Source: a virus
Virus record (IMG/VR): IMGVR_UViG_3300045988_136498
DNA length: 33,968 nt
Direction: 5' to 3' (one strand)
In this document: positions 16,102-25,621 of the stretch, piece after piece
Layout of the letters: every line of letters starts with the position of its first letter
Position numbering within the stretch: the stretch's first letter is position 1
Made by a program: the position numbers and the translations under genes
The notes under the pieces: generated by a model
Databases searched by the model: none
What the model saw: the letters and a program-made list of their open reading frames with translations, nothing else
What the model was told of the DNA's origin: nothing

Positions 16102-19100
16102 ATGCAGTCATACGACGAGACGACCAGAAAGTACAACGAATATTTGAGCAATGCCCAGAAAAAAGCATTGAAGCAAAGGGCACAGCAGCTTTCAATGATG
16201 AACGCGCCGGAGAGGATCCAGGCGCAAAGCGAAGCGATCGTAGGACGAAAGAGGCAGAACGAGACACTTTCAAATCTTGGGCTTGCGAGATCGCTGACCA
16301 GAGCCCCATCAAGCGGCCTGGATGAGAAGGCGCGCCGGATGCGCGAGTTTGAGCAGCAGATGGGCGCGTTTGAAGCGAAGGAAACGGCGCAGCTCAACCG
16401 TGTAGGAGAGAAATACAAGCAGCAGACGATTGCGGCGCGGGCACGGCAGGCAGAGCTTAATCGCAGGAACAAAGCGACGGAGGACCTCAAGGAAGCGATC
16501 AAGGACGCCATGAGGAATGGCATGAATGCCGGAGAAGGGGCGGCCATGATGCGACAGGCGGATGAGGGCGACTTAGCAAACGTGGCAAACACGCTGCAAA
16601 AGTTCGGAGAAGGCCTCGAAAAGAACCGCGCATTTGTGAGAAACGCATTCTGGACAAAAGCTGCGAAACAAACAGTGTCTGACTTTGAAGACATGCAGAA
16701 AAGGCGGACGGACCTGTATTTCCAAAACCTATCAGATGAGGAGTTTAATGCGAAGCTTCGGGAAGCTAGGGAGGATTATGAAGCGGCGCGAGACCGCCGG
16801 GATCGGAGGCAGAAACAAACACTAATCTATAGGGAAACGGACGAAAACGGTAAGAGAGTGGAGAAGTCCAGAATCAACTGGACGGATGATGAAGAAGCAG
16901 AATATCAAAAGATCGCGACAAAATATGAGCGGCTTAAGAACTACAAATCAGAAAGAAATAACGAAAGACTACGAAAACAATACAGTGGATATTTCGTAAT
17001 GGATGCAGAGGACTTGAAGACAGAGAAGAAAAGGCTTGAAGGACTGCTGCAGGAGGAGCGAGCCGCGTCATACAGTCTGAGGAACGTAAGCGGAGCCCAC
17101 GTGGAGGAGTGGAAGAAAGAGGCAGAAACACGGATCGCGAAAATGCAGGCGCTCGAGGACAAGATCAGCCTTATCGGTCTGGTTGAGAAACAACATGCGC
17201 TAGACCGCAGGCAAGAAAGATACGAATCGCTGCGCAGCGTTGAGAACGCAAGAGACTTTGAAGAATACGCACAAAAGGGAGCCAATCTTACCCTGGTGAC
17301 ATCGGAAAAAGACGCGAAAAACATGCCAGATGCAATCAAGAGCGACGCAAAAACCGAGCTGACATATGCGATCATCAATGGGGGCGTAGAGGAAGCGGAC
17401 GCGAGACTGTTTGGCGGAGGGGTAAACACACAACAACAGCGAAACGAGATCCTTTCTCTGAGGGAATCGACACAGCTTATGACGCAGGAGGAGAAACAGG
17501 GATACAACTATAGGTTCGCGAAATATGGCGCAGAGGCCGCGAACGCCTACATGGATCGGTTGCAAACGTATATCAACGAAAGGCGAATGACGCAGCTGGA
17601 AGAGATGACGAAAGCAAACGCAACAAAGGTTCCATGGCTATCCGAGATCAGCCAGTCGTTGATTTCGGTTTTAGCAACGCCGTTTGAGGGATTGGGCGAG
17701 TTGTACACCTTGTACTCGGAAATAACGGGGCAAGAGATCGATCCATACCACCCATCGTTTCGAGCGTCTGTTTTCAAAAATGCGACAAGAACAGCTGTTG
17801 CGGACGAGATCGCGAAAGCAATCTATGACGACGGCGGAAGCGAAGCGCTCGGGAGCGCGCTTGCATTCGGGTATCAAACGCTCATGGGCGTTGCGGACAA
17901 CGCTCTGTTGCTCTACATGGGCAAGGGGCTCGGAACGTTCGGCACAACGGCAAAAGCGGCCCAAACGATAACAGAAGTGACAAACCTCGGGATCATGTCG
18001 TTAAACGCCGCGGCGGATACGACCCGACAGGCACTGCTGAACGGCGCGACGCAGGAACAGGCAGTTGCGCTCGGACTGTTCGCCGGAGCATGGGAGGCGG
18101 TGTTCGAAAAGGTATCCTTGGACAATCTTCTGGACATGCCGAAGCTGCAAGCCTCATCGTGGATCAGCAGGACGCTGACGCAGGCAGGCGTGGAGGCATC
18201 AGAGGAGTTCTGCACAGAGATGGCGAACACACTGACGAATATGGCGATTCTCGGGAGCGAAAGCGACTATAACAGTGCAGTGACACAGTATATGCTCAAC
18301 GAAGGTTACACGCGGGCGGAAGCGGAATCGCTCGCGATGCTGGAACAGATCCAGAACATTGGCATGGCGGCGGCGGGAGGTTTTTTGTCAGGCGGCATGA
18401 TGGGCGGTTTTCACGCAGCCATGAGCGATGTACAGACGAGACGGATCGGACAGACCATCAAGAGCAGCGGAGGAACGCAGACTTTGCTGGAGGAAGCATC
18501 GAAGATTCGGGACAACGGAATCGCGGAAAAGCTTTACGCAAAGTTGAACAATGCGTTTTCGGCAAACAAGAATCTGTCCAACATGGATGTTGGACGGATG
18601 AACTTTCTGGTGGCCACATCAGAGCTTCCAACCATCAACGGAACGATTGACCGATTTGTGCAGGAGGGCAAGCTGACAAAGCAGCAGGGCGAAAAAATGA
18701 AAGGGCTGTTTGAGCAGCGCGCCATGACGGAGGGGGTCACGGGGATCGAGCAGAGCGCAGAGGAAGCGGCAGAGTGGCGACAGTTCGATGCGGAGACGCT
18801 GAACGAGTTGTACTTAACGGTAGCGAAGCAATACGGCCAGCAGAACACCAAAGCAGAAACGAACAAACGAGAAGTGGCTGAACGTGCGGCAAAGCAGAAG
18901 GAACAAAACAATGAAAATCCGCTGCTGTGGCGAGCGGAGAGCCGCGGAGAGCGCGCGGGCGAGATCGATGACAGGATTTATCGCCTAAACGGTGAAACCG
19001 CCTCAGAGCTTGAAATGCGGCGCGAAAATCAAAACCGAGACGCATATCTGAGCACGCTGCCATATGCGACCGATCAGGGCGTGCGGAACAAAGCCGGCCG

Positions 19101-22100
19101 CATCACGCTGCCGGCCATGCTTGCGGACACGACGGACGCGAAAAGGCGCTGGGCGGAGGCAAACGAAATCGAAGTGCCGGAGGGCTTTCGCGGGCTTCCG
19201 ATGCGCTTTGAAACGGAGCAGCAGGCGGCGCGCGTCGCGGAGCCGGGCGAACGGCTGACGCAAAGCAGCTTGACGGAGAACACGAAGAAGGTGCAGACGC
19301 AGCGCGGCGTTACGATCCGGCTGCACAAGAACACGGATCTCAGCCAGCTGTCAAATACGGAGCGGGATGCCCTGAAGCTTGCGCAGGCGGTCAAAATGCT
19401 GGGCGTGACGAACGTGGAAGCACACGACACGCTGTCCGCCAATGGCATGTATGACCCGACCACAAACACAGTACATTTCGCGCTGGATGCGGAGAACCCG
19501 ATCGCCGCGCTGTCGCACGAGCTTGCACATTATATCGAGTATCACGCGGGCGAGAAGTACGGCGAATTTGTAGAGTTCCTGCAGCAACAGGCGAACGCAG
19601 CGCGAAGGAATGGCTGGGACACGCTCGTGCAGGAAAAGCTGGAACAGTACGCCGATGCAACGCGGTCCGAAACGGACATGCGGGCGCTGGCGGAATCGGA
19701 GGCGATCGCGGAGATGTGCGAGGATCTGCTACGGAGCGAGACGCGGTTCCGCGAGTTCATCCAGCGGGATCGCACGCTCGGCGAACGGATCGTAGACTTC
19801 TTTGACGACATTCTGCGGAATCTGCGGCAGCTCATCCCGACACGGTCGGCACGCGGCGCCTCCACCATGATCCGTGACGTGGAAAAAGCAAGGGACTATT
19901 ACTGGTCGCTGCTGGAGGAGGCAAAGGGGCAGGAAACGGCCGGGCAGGATCGAATCGCACAGGCAAAAAGGGGCGACACGAGCGGCCTATATCGGGGCGC
20001 ATATACCGAGAACGGTGAACTGCTGGTTGACACGATCGCGGAAGACGAATACAATGATAATGCAAATCTGCACAGACAGATACAACTCGGGAAGGCCCGA
20101 TACAAGGAAGTATTGCGGGAAGCGAACCTCGCAAATGCAGAGGAGTTTTTCGAGCGCGGACACTTGAGCAAATTGAATTCCGTGGTCGTCGGGAAGACAC
20201 GATACATGTACATGAATTTCAGCGATCAAAACGTTGGCGATGGAGTGAACATGATCGTGACGGACAAGGCGAGGGTCGGGACAAAAGAAGAAGCGAATTT
20301 GTTACGAGAGGTTGAAGATCTTAATGGAAGACAAAGGAGTAGAGAAGGTTCTGCAGAACGTCGATATGATGCAGGCGATGGGCGTACCGGCTCGGATCAG
20401 GCTGGACGCAATCAGAAAGATATCAGTTTCAGACGAGAGAATCGATCGATTCTGGGAGTATCTGAAAGCGAATCCCACGGCGACGCCAGAGGAGGTCGCA
20501 GAGGAAATGGACCGGCTGGAACGAACGATCCCTCTGACGCCGGAAAAAGCGCAGATGCTCCGAGAGATGGAAGAGGAGGACATGCAGTAAGCATAGGGCA
20601 TGCAGCAACAAATGAAAGCACCGATACCGGTGCTTTTTCTTTGCGTGAAACCCCGTGGGGTATCCGTGAATCGCGCCGCACGTTCCCGGAGCGGGAGGCA
20701 CGGCCGGCGTTAAAGCGAGCGCAGGAGATTATGGGAAGCACGCAGGAGCGGTACGAGGACGGACGGAAGATCCCGAGCGGAAAGGAGGTTGCGCAGCTTC
20801 TTGCGGGAGGGCTGCATGCAAACCGCAGCTGGGGCCTGAAGGACGTGGTGCGGAACATCGACGCATTCGCCGGGAAGAACACGGAGGTGCGGAATCGTCT
20901 CGAGGAGATGATCGAGCGCCCGTTCAATGAGGCGGGCGGCGCGTATGCGCGAAACCTCAAGGCGCGGACGACGGCATTCTTAGAGACGATGAAGGCGCTC
21001 GACATTCGAACGGAACAGGACAGCGCGGCGGTGCAGCGCTGGGGCGAGGGCGTCCGGCAGAACCAATACGGCGAGCTCGTGGAGTATACGCTGGCGGATC
21101 TGCAGCGAGAGTGCCCGGACAACTGGCGGAACGTGCAGCGGGCGGCAGAGGTATGCCGCGGGATCTATGAAGGGTATGTGGACGAGCTGAACGCCATGCT
21201 CGAACAGATCTATCCGAACGTGATCGAGCATGCGGAGACGGACGCAGAGCGATTGCAGCAGTATATCGATCTTGAGCGGGAGCGGATCGGGAACCAGCGG
21301 CGCGTGATCACGGAGATCGAGAACAGGATCGAGGGCAAGCGGGACGCGCTGAAGCAGCGAGAATTACCATTCGCAGGGAAGGATCGGACGAAAACGCAGG
21401 CCTATGCCAACCTCCAAAACGAGCTTGCGACGCTGGAGCTAAGGTTGCAAAACGCAAAAGCATTGCTGGAACGATACGAACAGCGGGCGATTGTTAGGGA
21501 AACGCAGAAGGCGGAAATTCTGCAGGCGATCGAAAGTGGCGAAGTTCTGCGAAATCGAAGAGTGTTGAAGCGCGCGGACTACTTTCACCACTTTCAGGAA
21601 ATGGAAGAAGGATTTGGCGCGCTTGCGAACATCTTCAGAACGAATTTCGACATCGATCCGCAGCTCGCGGGCAAGAGTGCGGAAACAAAGCCGAAGTCGA
21701 AATGGGCAGGCTTTATGCAGCAGCGCGGACAGGGACGGTATCAGGAGGACGCCGTTTCTGGTATGCTCCGATATATGAATGCAGCGGAGTACAAGCTTGC
21801 ATACGATCCTGTCTCTGAGCATCTGCGAACGCTTGAGCAGGAGGTGCGCAGCGAAGCGCGGCATTCGCACATTGAGGCGAACGACTTTCTGAAATGGATT
21901 GGCGAGTGGCGGAACAGCCTGCTCGGGAAAAGCAACAGCTTTGACCGCGTTGCATCGGACAGCGGAATCGTGGGGCGCAAGGCGATACAGATCGCAAAGT
22001 GGATCAACAGCCGCGTGAAGTCGAACGCAGTATTGGGAAACATGCGCTCGGCGATCGTACAGATATCGAACATAACGAATGCTGCAGCATACATTCCGAA

Positions 22101-24207
22101 CCCGCAGGACTGGATCAACGGCGCACGGAGCTACCTTGCGGCGAGAACTTCCGCGGATATGCAGAGTATCATGGAGCGGTCGAACTTTCTGTCACAACGA
22201 TACATGGACATCCAGAATCCGTTTGAGAAGACGTCGGCGGCAAAGAGGGTGGCGCTCTGGATGCTGGAGGTCGGCGACAAAGAGGCGGCAAAACTGATGT
22301 GGTGGTCTGCGTATCAGCAATTCCGACGCAGCCCGGAGAACGCACAACGGGTCGGCGGAATGAATTACCAAAACGCCGTAGAGTATGCAGACGACATCAC
22401 GCGAAGGAGCGTCGGAGGAAGAGGCGTCGGAGAGCTGCCGACGATGCTGAATTCACAGCTGCTGAACCTTATCGGACCGTTCCAGGTCGAAGTAACCAAT
22501 ACGTGGAACAACATGGTCGAGCAGGTCGGGAAAAAGAACGCCAAGGGACTGATCGCGTTTGAGATCACAACATTCGTGCTGAACACCCTGTTCCAGGCGG
22601 CAATCGGCGATAGACCGTTACCGTTCGACATGATCGAGGCTATCGTGGAGGCCATCAAAAACGCTGCGGACGATGAGGGTAAGTGGTATGAAGATGTGCT
22701 GGGCGGGCTTCAAGGAGCTGCGGCGGAGGTAGGAAAGGGCGTTCCGTTTGTGGCGCAAATCGCACCGGCACTCCTTAGCGAGGAAACGACGCAGATGCTC
22801 TTCGGATCAGATGATCCGACACGCGGGGGAACGGCCAACATTGGGATCAGTGCCATAGGAGACACGATTGAGGAAAGCGCAGAACTGATCAAAATGGTGC
22901 TGAGCGGGAACCTCAACAGCGCAGACAAGATCTGGACAGCACTGCTCGACCGGACAAGCGGTTTGAATCTACTCATGCCATGGGGAGCGACGCAGCTCGT
23001 GAGAACGGCAAAGGGGATCGATACCGTCGTGCGGGGATACAGTCAGAAACTGAATTCTGCAGGGGAAGCTGAGGCACAGTTTGCAGTAGATCAAAATGTT
23101 GGCGAACTGATTAAGGCGGCCGTTTTTGGAAAATGGTCGTTAAGCGAAGGGCAGGACTATCTGGGGAACTGGTCGCTTCTGCGAGCTCTTGCAGGGGACG
23201 AGCAAAAAGCACAGACCCGGCTAAACGCAGAGACGACTGAGGAAATGAAAGAGGCAGCAAGGGCGGGAATCCGTCCGAAACAGTTCTTCGAGATAGAGAA
23301 CAGCATGCGAGGCATGGAGAGCGTCCGGGATGAAGATGGGAACACGATTGATCCAAAGACGGCGCAGCAGGCAGAGAGAGTCGCAAGCGACAAAACTCTT
23401 ACGAACGTGCAAAAGCTCCTCATGACAAAGCAGATCAACCAGACGTTGTACGAACACGCGTCCGAGGCGTATGCGAAAGGCGTGCCGACCGACGTATTCC
23501 TTGAGCTGTATGCAAAAAAAAGCCGGTTCCAGCCAATGAAGGACGAGAACGGAAAGACGATAAAAACAACAAGCGACTATGTGCGTGAGGCTCTCCTGCG
23601 GGAAAAGACACTTACTGAAGCTCAGAAACGAACGCTCGATGAGATATTGATCGGAAGCAACAACAGCCGCGACTATCGAAGCGAAGCCTGGTTCGAATTG
23701 TCCAGCAACGAGGCGTCATATCAAAGGGCGCAGGAAGCCGAGAAGAGCGGGGTCAATTCGGGAACCTACTTGAAGTACGCAGAAATGAAAGCAAAGTACA
23801 GCAGCGATGAGGACGAGGAGACGGGGAAAGACGAGGTGCTGCAAGCCATCATGGAGGATGCGAGCATGAGCCCACAGCAGAAAGCTGTGTTGGAACAGGC
23901 GATGTACCATCAGGAGGGAAAGGCGTATGTTGCAAAAGACTATACAGACGGCAACCGGTTTTACCTCTCGCTTGTGGGCGGGAAGTACCCGGAGAAGGGA
24001 GAGCTTGCGCAAAAGTATGGGATTAGTCTAAAAAGCACTGTGGCTTATGTGAAACGATACAGACAGGCCGCAGCGGAGAAGACTGGAACCGGAAAAAATG
24101 GAGCGGTCAACAAGAGAGATTGCTTTAGCTTGATGGAGCGCGCGGGCATTCCGAAGGACAAGCAAGAAGTGATGTATCGCATCATGACAGGAAAGATCAG
24201 GTCGTAA
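16102..24207 (+). CDS. Giant virion-associated protein (2701 aa as one ORF) with coiled-coil, Gly-rich hydrophobic segments and an HExxH metallopeptidase-like motif; possibly two genes
   Basis: RBS GAGGGGAAG. SHELAHYIEYH sits at 19513-19545 (HELAH at 19516-19530). The frame is continuously open, but its translation is low-complexity over about 20325-20650. Confidence 0.7.
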   Translation: MQSYDETTRKYNEYLSNAQKKALKQRAQQLSMMNAPERIQAQSEAIVGRKRQNETLSNLGLARSLTRAPSSGLDEKARRMREFEQQMGAFEAKETAQLNRVGEKYKQQTIAARARQAELNRRNKATEDLKEAIKDAMRNGMNAGEGAAMMRQADEGDLANVANTLQKFGEGLEKNRAFVRNAFWTKAAKQTVSDFEDMQKRRTDLYFQNLSDEEFNAKLREAREDYEAARDRRDRRQKQTLIYRETDENGKRVEKSRINWTDDEEAEYQKIATKYERLKNYKSERNNERLRKQYSGYFVMDAEDLKTEKKRLEGLLQEERAASYSLRNVSGAHVEEWKKEAETRIAKMQALEDKISLIGLVEKQHALDRRQERYESLRSVENARDFEEYAQKGANLTLVTSEKDAKNMPDAIKSDAKTELTYAIINGGVEEADARLFGGGVNTQQQRNEILSLRESTQLMTQEEKQGYNYRFAKYGAEAANAYMDRLQTYINERRMTQLEEMTKANATKVPWLSEISQSLISVLATPFEGLGELYTLYSEITGQEIDPYHPSFRASVFKNATRTAVADEIAKAIYDDGGSEALGSALAFGYQTLMGVADNALLLYMGKGLGTFGTTAKAAQTITEVTNLGIMSLNAAADTTRQALLNGATQEQAVALGLFAGAWEAVFEKVSLDNLLDMPKLQASSWISRTLTQAGVEASEEFCTEMANTLTNMAILGSESDYNSAVTQYMLNEGYTRAEAESLAMLEQIQNIGMAAAGGFLSGGMMGGFHAAMSDVQTRRIGQTIKSSGGTQTLLEEASKIRDNGIAEKLYAKLNNAFSANKNLSNMDVGRMNFLVATSELPTINGTIDRFVQEGKLTKQQGEKMKGLFEQRAMTEGVTGIEQSAEEAAEWRQFDAETLNELYLTVAKQYGQQNTKAETNKREVAERAAKQKEQNNENPLLWRAESRGERAGEIDDRIYRLNGETASELEMRRENQNRDAYLSTLPYATDQGVRNKAGRITLPAMLADTTDAKRRWAEANEIEVPEGFRGLPMRFETEQQAARVAEPGERLTQSSLTENTKKVQTQRGVTIRLHKNTDLSQLSNTERDALKLAQAVKMLGVTNVEAHDTLSANGMYDPTTNTVHFALDAENPIAALSHELAHYIEYHAGEKYGEFVEFLQQQANAARRNGWDTLVQEKLEQYADATRSETDMRALAESEAIAEMCEDLLRSETRFREFIQRDRTLGERIVDFFDDILRNLRQLIPTRSARGASTMIRDVEKARDYYWSLLEEAKGQETAGQDRIAQAKRGDTSGLYRGAYTENGELLVDTIAEDEYNDNANLHRQIQLGKARYKEVLREANLANAEEFFERGHLSKLNSVVVGKTRYMYMNFSDQNVGDGVNMIVTDKARVGTKEEANLLREVEDLNGRQRSREGSAERRYDAGDGRTGSDQAGRNQKDISFRRENRSILGVSESESHGDARGGRRGNGPAGTNDPSDAGKSADAPRDGRGGHAVSIGHAATNESTDTGAFSLRETPWGIRESRRTFPEREARPALKRAQEIMGSTQERYEDGRKIPSGKEVAQLLAGGLHANRSWGLKDVVRNIDAFAGKNTEVRNRLEEMIERPFNEAGGAYARNLKARTTAFLETMKALDIRTEQDSAAVQRWGEGVRQNQYGELVEYTLADLQRECPDNWRNVQRAAEVCRGIYEGYVDELNAMLEQIYPNVIEHAETDAERLQQYIDLERERIGNQRRVITEIENRIEGKRDALKQRELPFAGKDRTKTQAYANLQNELATLELRLQNAKALLERYEQRAIVRETQKAEILQAIESGEVLRNRRVLKRADYFHHFQEMEEGFGALANIFRTNFDIDPQLAGKSAETKPKSKWAGFMQQRGQGRYQEDAVSGMLRYMNAAEYKLAYDPVSEHLRTLEQEVRSEARHSHIEANDFLKWIGEWRNSLLGKSNSFDRVASDSGIVGRKAIQIAKWINSRVKSNAVLGNMRSAIVQISNITNAAAYIPNPQDWINGARSYLAARTSADMQSIMERSNFLSQRYMDIQNPFEKTSAAKRVALWMLEVGDKEAAKLMWWSAYQQFRRSPENAQRVGGMNYQNAVEYADDITRRSVGGRGVGELPTMLNSQLLNLIGPFQVEVTNTWNNMVEQVGKKNAKGLIAFEITTFVLNTLFQAAIGDRPLPFDMIEAIVEAIKNAADDEGKWYEDVLGGLQGAAAEVGKGVPFVAQIAPALLSEETTQMLFGSDDPTRGGTANIGISAIGDTIEESAELIKMVLSGNLNSADKIWTALLDRTSGLNLLMPWGATQLVRTAKGIDTVVRGYSQKLNSAGEAEAQFAVDQNVGELIKAAVFGKWSLSEGQDYLGNWSLLRALAGDEQKAQTRLNAETTEEMKEAARAGIRPKQFFEIENSMRGMESVRDEDGNTIDPKTAQQAERVASDKTLTNVQKLLMTKQINQTLYEHASEAYAKGVPTDVFLELYAKKSRFQPMKDENGKTIKTTSDYVREALLREKTLTEAQKRTLDEILIGSNNSRDYRSEAWFELSSNEASYQRAQEAEKSGVNSGTYLKYAEMKAKYSSDEDEETGKDEVLQAIMEDASMSPQQKAVLEQAMYHQEGKAYVAKDYTDGNRFYLSLVGGKYPEKGELAQKYGISLKSTVAYVKRYRQAAAEKTGTGKNGAVNKRDCFSLMERAGIPKDKQEVMYRIMTGKIRS
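20324..20590 (+). CDS. Embedded +1-frame ORF (88 aa from the ATG; frame open from 20261)
   Basis: Balanced helical sequence using codons typical of this genome. TAA at 20588-20590 is followed by an intrinsic terminator. Confidence 0.45.
   Translation: MEDKGVEKVLQNVDMMQAMGVPARIRLDAIRKISVSDERIDRFWEYLKANPTATPEEVAEEMDRLERTIPLTPEKAQMLREMEEEDMQ
20615..20643 (+). terminator. Canonical intrinsic terminator located inside the giant ORF
   Basis: AAAGCACCG-ATAC-CGGTGCTTT followed by TTCTTTG. The stem is 9 bp and the loop 4 nt. Confidence 0.65.
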
Positions 24208-24221
24208 CAGGAGGCGAGAGA

Positions 24222-25145
24222 ATGGGAATTAAGACGCGGAAAATTGATGAGTGGCAAAACCCGGTAGTCGGAGAAGATGATAGACCGAACCGGCCGGCGG
24301 CGCAGATGAAGGCGATTTTCGACAGCAATTCAAACCAGCTGAAGGATTCGTTAAACGGAATGATTGACGATCTACGCGCGGGGGATGTAGACGTATCATT
24401 CACACAAGCGGAGCAACGTACAGAGCTGGAAACGGGGGATACACTCACTGTTTTATTCGGAAAAATCAAAAAATGGCTTACGGACACGCTTCCGGCCATT
24501 CAGACTGTGAAGAAGGATCAAGGCGTAACAAGGTTCCTTCGTGGGGACGGTGTATATGCCGTCCCCGAAGCAGGAATGGCTGCAAATGGAATGCCGGCCG
24601 GCGGCACAACAGGGCAGGCCCTTTTAAAAAAAAGCGGACAAGACTTTGACGGAAAATGGGAGACGCTCACACCGAAGAGCATCGGCGCAGCGGCGGCAAG
24701 TCATGCGGCATCCCACGCGGCCGGCGGCGCGGATGCATTGACCCCTACGGCGATCGGCGCAATCCCAACAAGCTCGGTGGGCGCGGCAAACGGCGTCGCA
24801 ACGCTGGATACGGCGGGCAAGGTCGCTGCGGCACAGGCAAGCGCGGCCATCGTCGAGAAAACAGCGGCGTATACCCTTGCGCTGACGGATGCGGGGAAAC
24901 TCATCGCGTTGACCGCCGATACGGCGCTGACCGTTACGGTCCCCGCAAACAGCGCGGCTGCGTTCCCCATCGGCACGGAGATCGAGCTTGTGCAGTTCGG
25001 CGCGGGCGCGGTCACGGTCGCAGCAGCGGAGGGCGTGACGGTTCACTCGCTCGACAGCTCGGTAAAGCTTGCCGGGCAGTATGCCGCAGTCTGCCTGAAA
25101 AAGATCGCAGCGGATATATGGCTGCTCGGAGGTGCGCTCGAATGA
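24222..25145 (+). CDS. Tail fibre / receptor-binding protein
   Basis: RBS AGGAGG. Motifs FLRGDGVYA, GQALLKKSG..W, and HAASHAAGGADALTPTAIGA...GVATLDTAGKV are typical of phage tail fibres. Confidence 0.7.
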   Translation: MGIKTRKIDEWQNPVVGEDDRPNRPAAQMKAIFDSNSNQLKDSLNGMIDDLRAGDVDVSFTQAEQRTELETGDTLTVLFGKIKKWLTDTLPAIQTVKKDQGVTRFLRGDGVYAVPEAGMAANGMPAGGTTGQALLKKSGQDFDGKWETLTPKSIGAAAASHAASHAAGGADALTPTAIGAIPTSSVGAANGVATLDTAGKVAAAQASAAIVEKTAAYTLALTDAGKLIALTADTALTVTVPANSAAAFPIGTEIELVQFGAGAVTVAAAEGVTVHSLDSSVKLAGQYAAVCLKKIAADIWLLGGALE

Positions 25146-25609
25146 GGATGTGCAGACGGCTTGCGCTGAGAGCAGTGAGTGGCCTGCCGCGTGGCTACCT
25201 GTATTATCGCGGGAAGCTCAGCAAAAAGCTCGGCGGCTTCGGAAGCAGCAGATGCTCCATATCTATGGATGCGGACGCTGTTACGTTCAAGAACGATACC
25301 AGCATATCCAACTCGCGCTTCAGTTTTCGCAGTGACAAGAAGGTGCTGTTATCCGGATACACGACATTGAGATTCGTTGTGTATATATCCGTTCCAGCGT
25401 CTCTGTATCGGTTCGGGATCACGGAATCGGATGCACAAAACCCAACAAACGACGATTTGACGAAGTTTTCTCAAAACGCAAGCTCAGGAGGAAGGAACCA
25501 GATAATTGATGTTGACATTACCGGCGTGGACGGGGAGTTCTACGTAGCCGGAAGTCGGAACGCCAGCAACACGTTTACTAACAAAATTTATGAGATCAAA
25601 CTGCTATGA
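25142..25609 (+). CDS. Hypothetical tail-associated protein (155 aa)
   Basis: The ATG overlaps the tail-fibre stop (ATGA). The upstream part of the 24656 ORF is an Arg/Gly-rich overlap and is discarded. Confidence 0.5.
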   Translation: MRMCRRLALRAVSGLPRGYLYYRGKLSKKLGGFGSSRCSISMDADAVTFKNDTSISNSRFSFRSDKKVLLSGYTTLRFVVYISVPASLYRFGITESDAQNPTNDDLTKFSQNASSGGRNQIIDVDITGVDGEFYVAGSRNASNTFTNKIYEIKLL

Positions 25610-25621
25610 GGGGGCGAAGAA

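Noticed and set aside
20600-20713. Short ORF MQQQMKAPIPVLFLC... with a lipobox-like LFLC immediately after the embedded ORF.
   Set aside because: The hydrophobic stretch is simply the translated terminator hairpin and T tract. The remainder is Arg-rich.
24656-25141. Upstream 162 codons of the 317-aa plus-strand ORF overlapping the tail-fibre gene.
   Set aside because: The translation is Arg/Gly-rich nonsense (GRRRGCIDPYGDRRNPNK...). The credible gene starts at ATG 25142, coupled to the tail-fibre stop.
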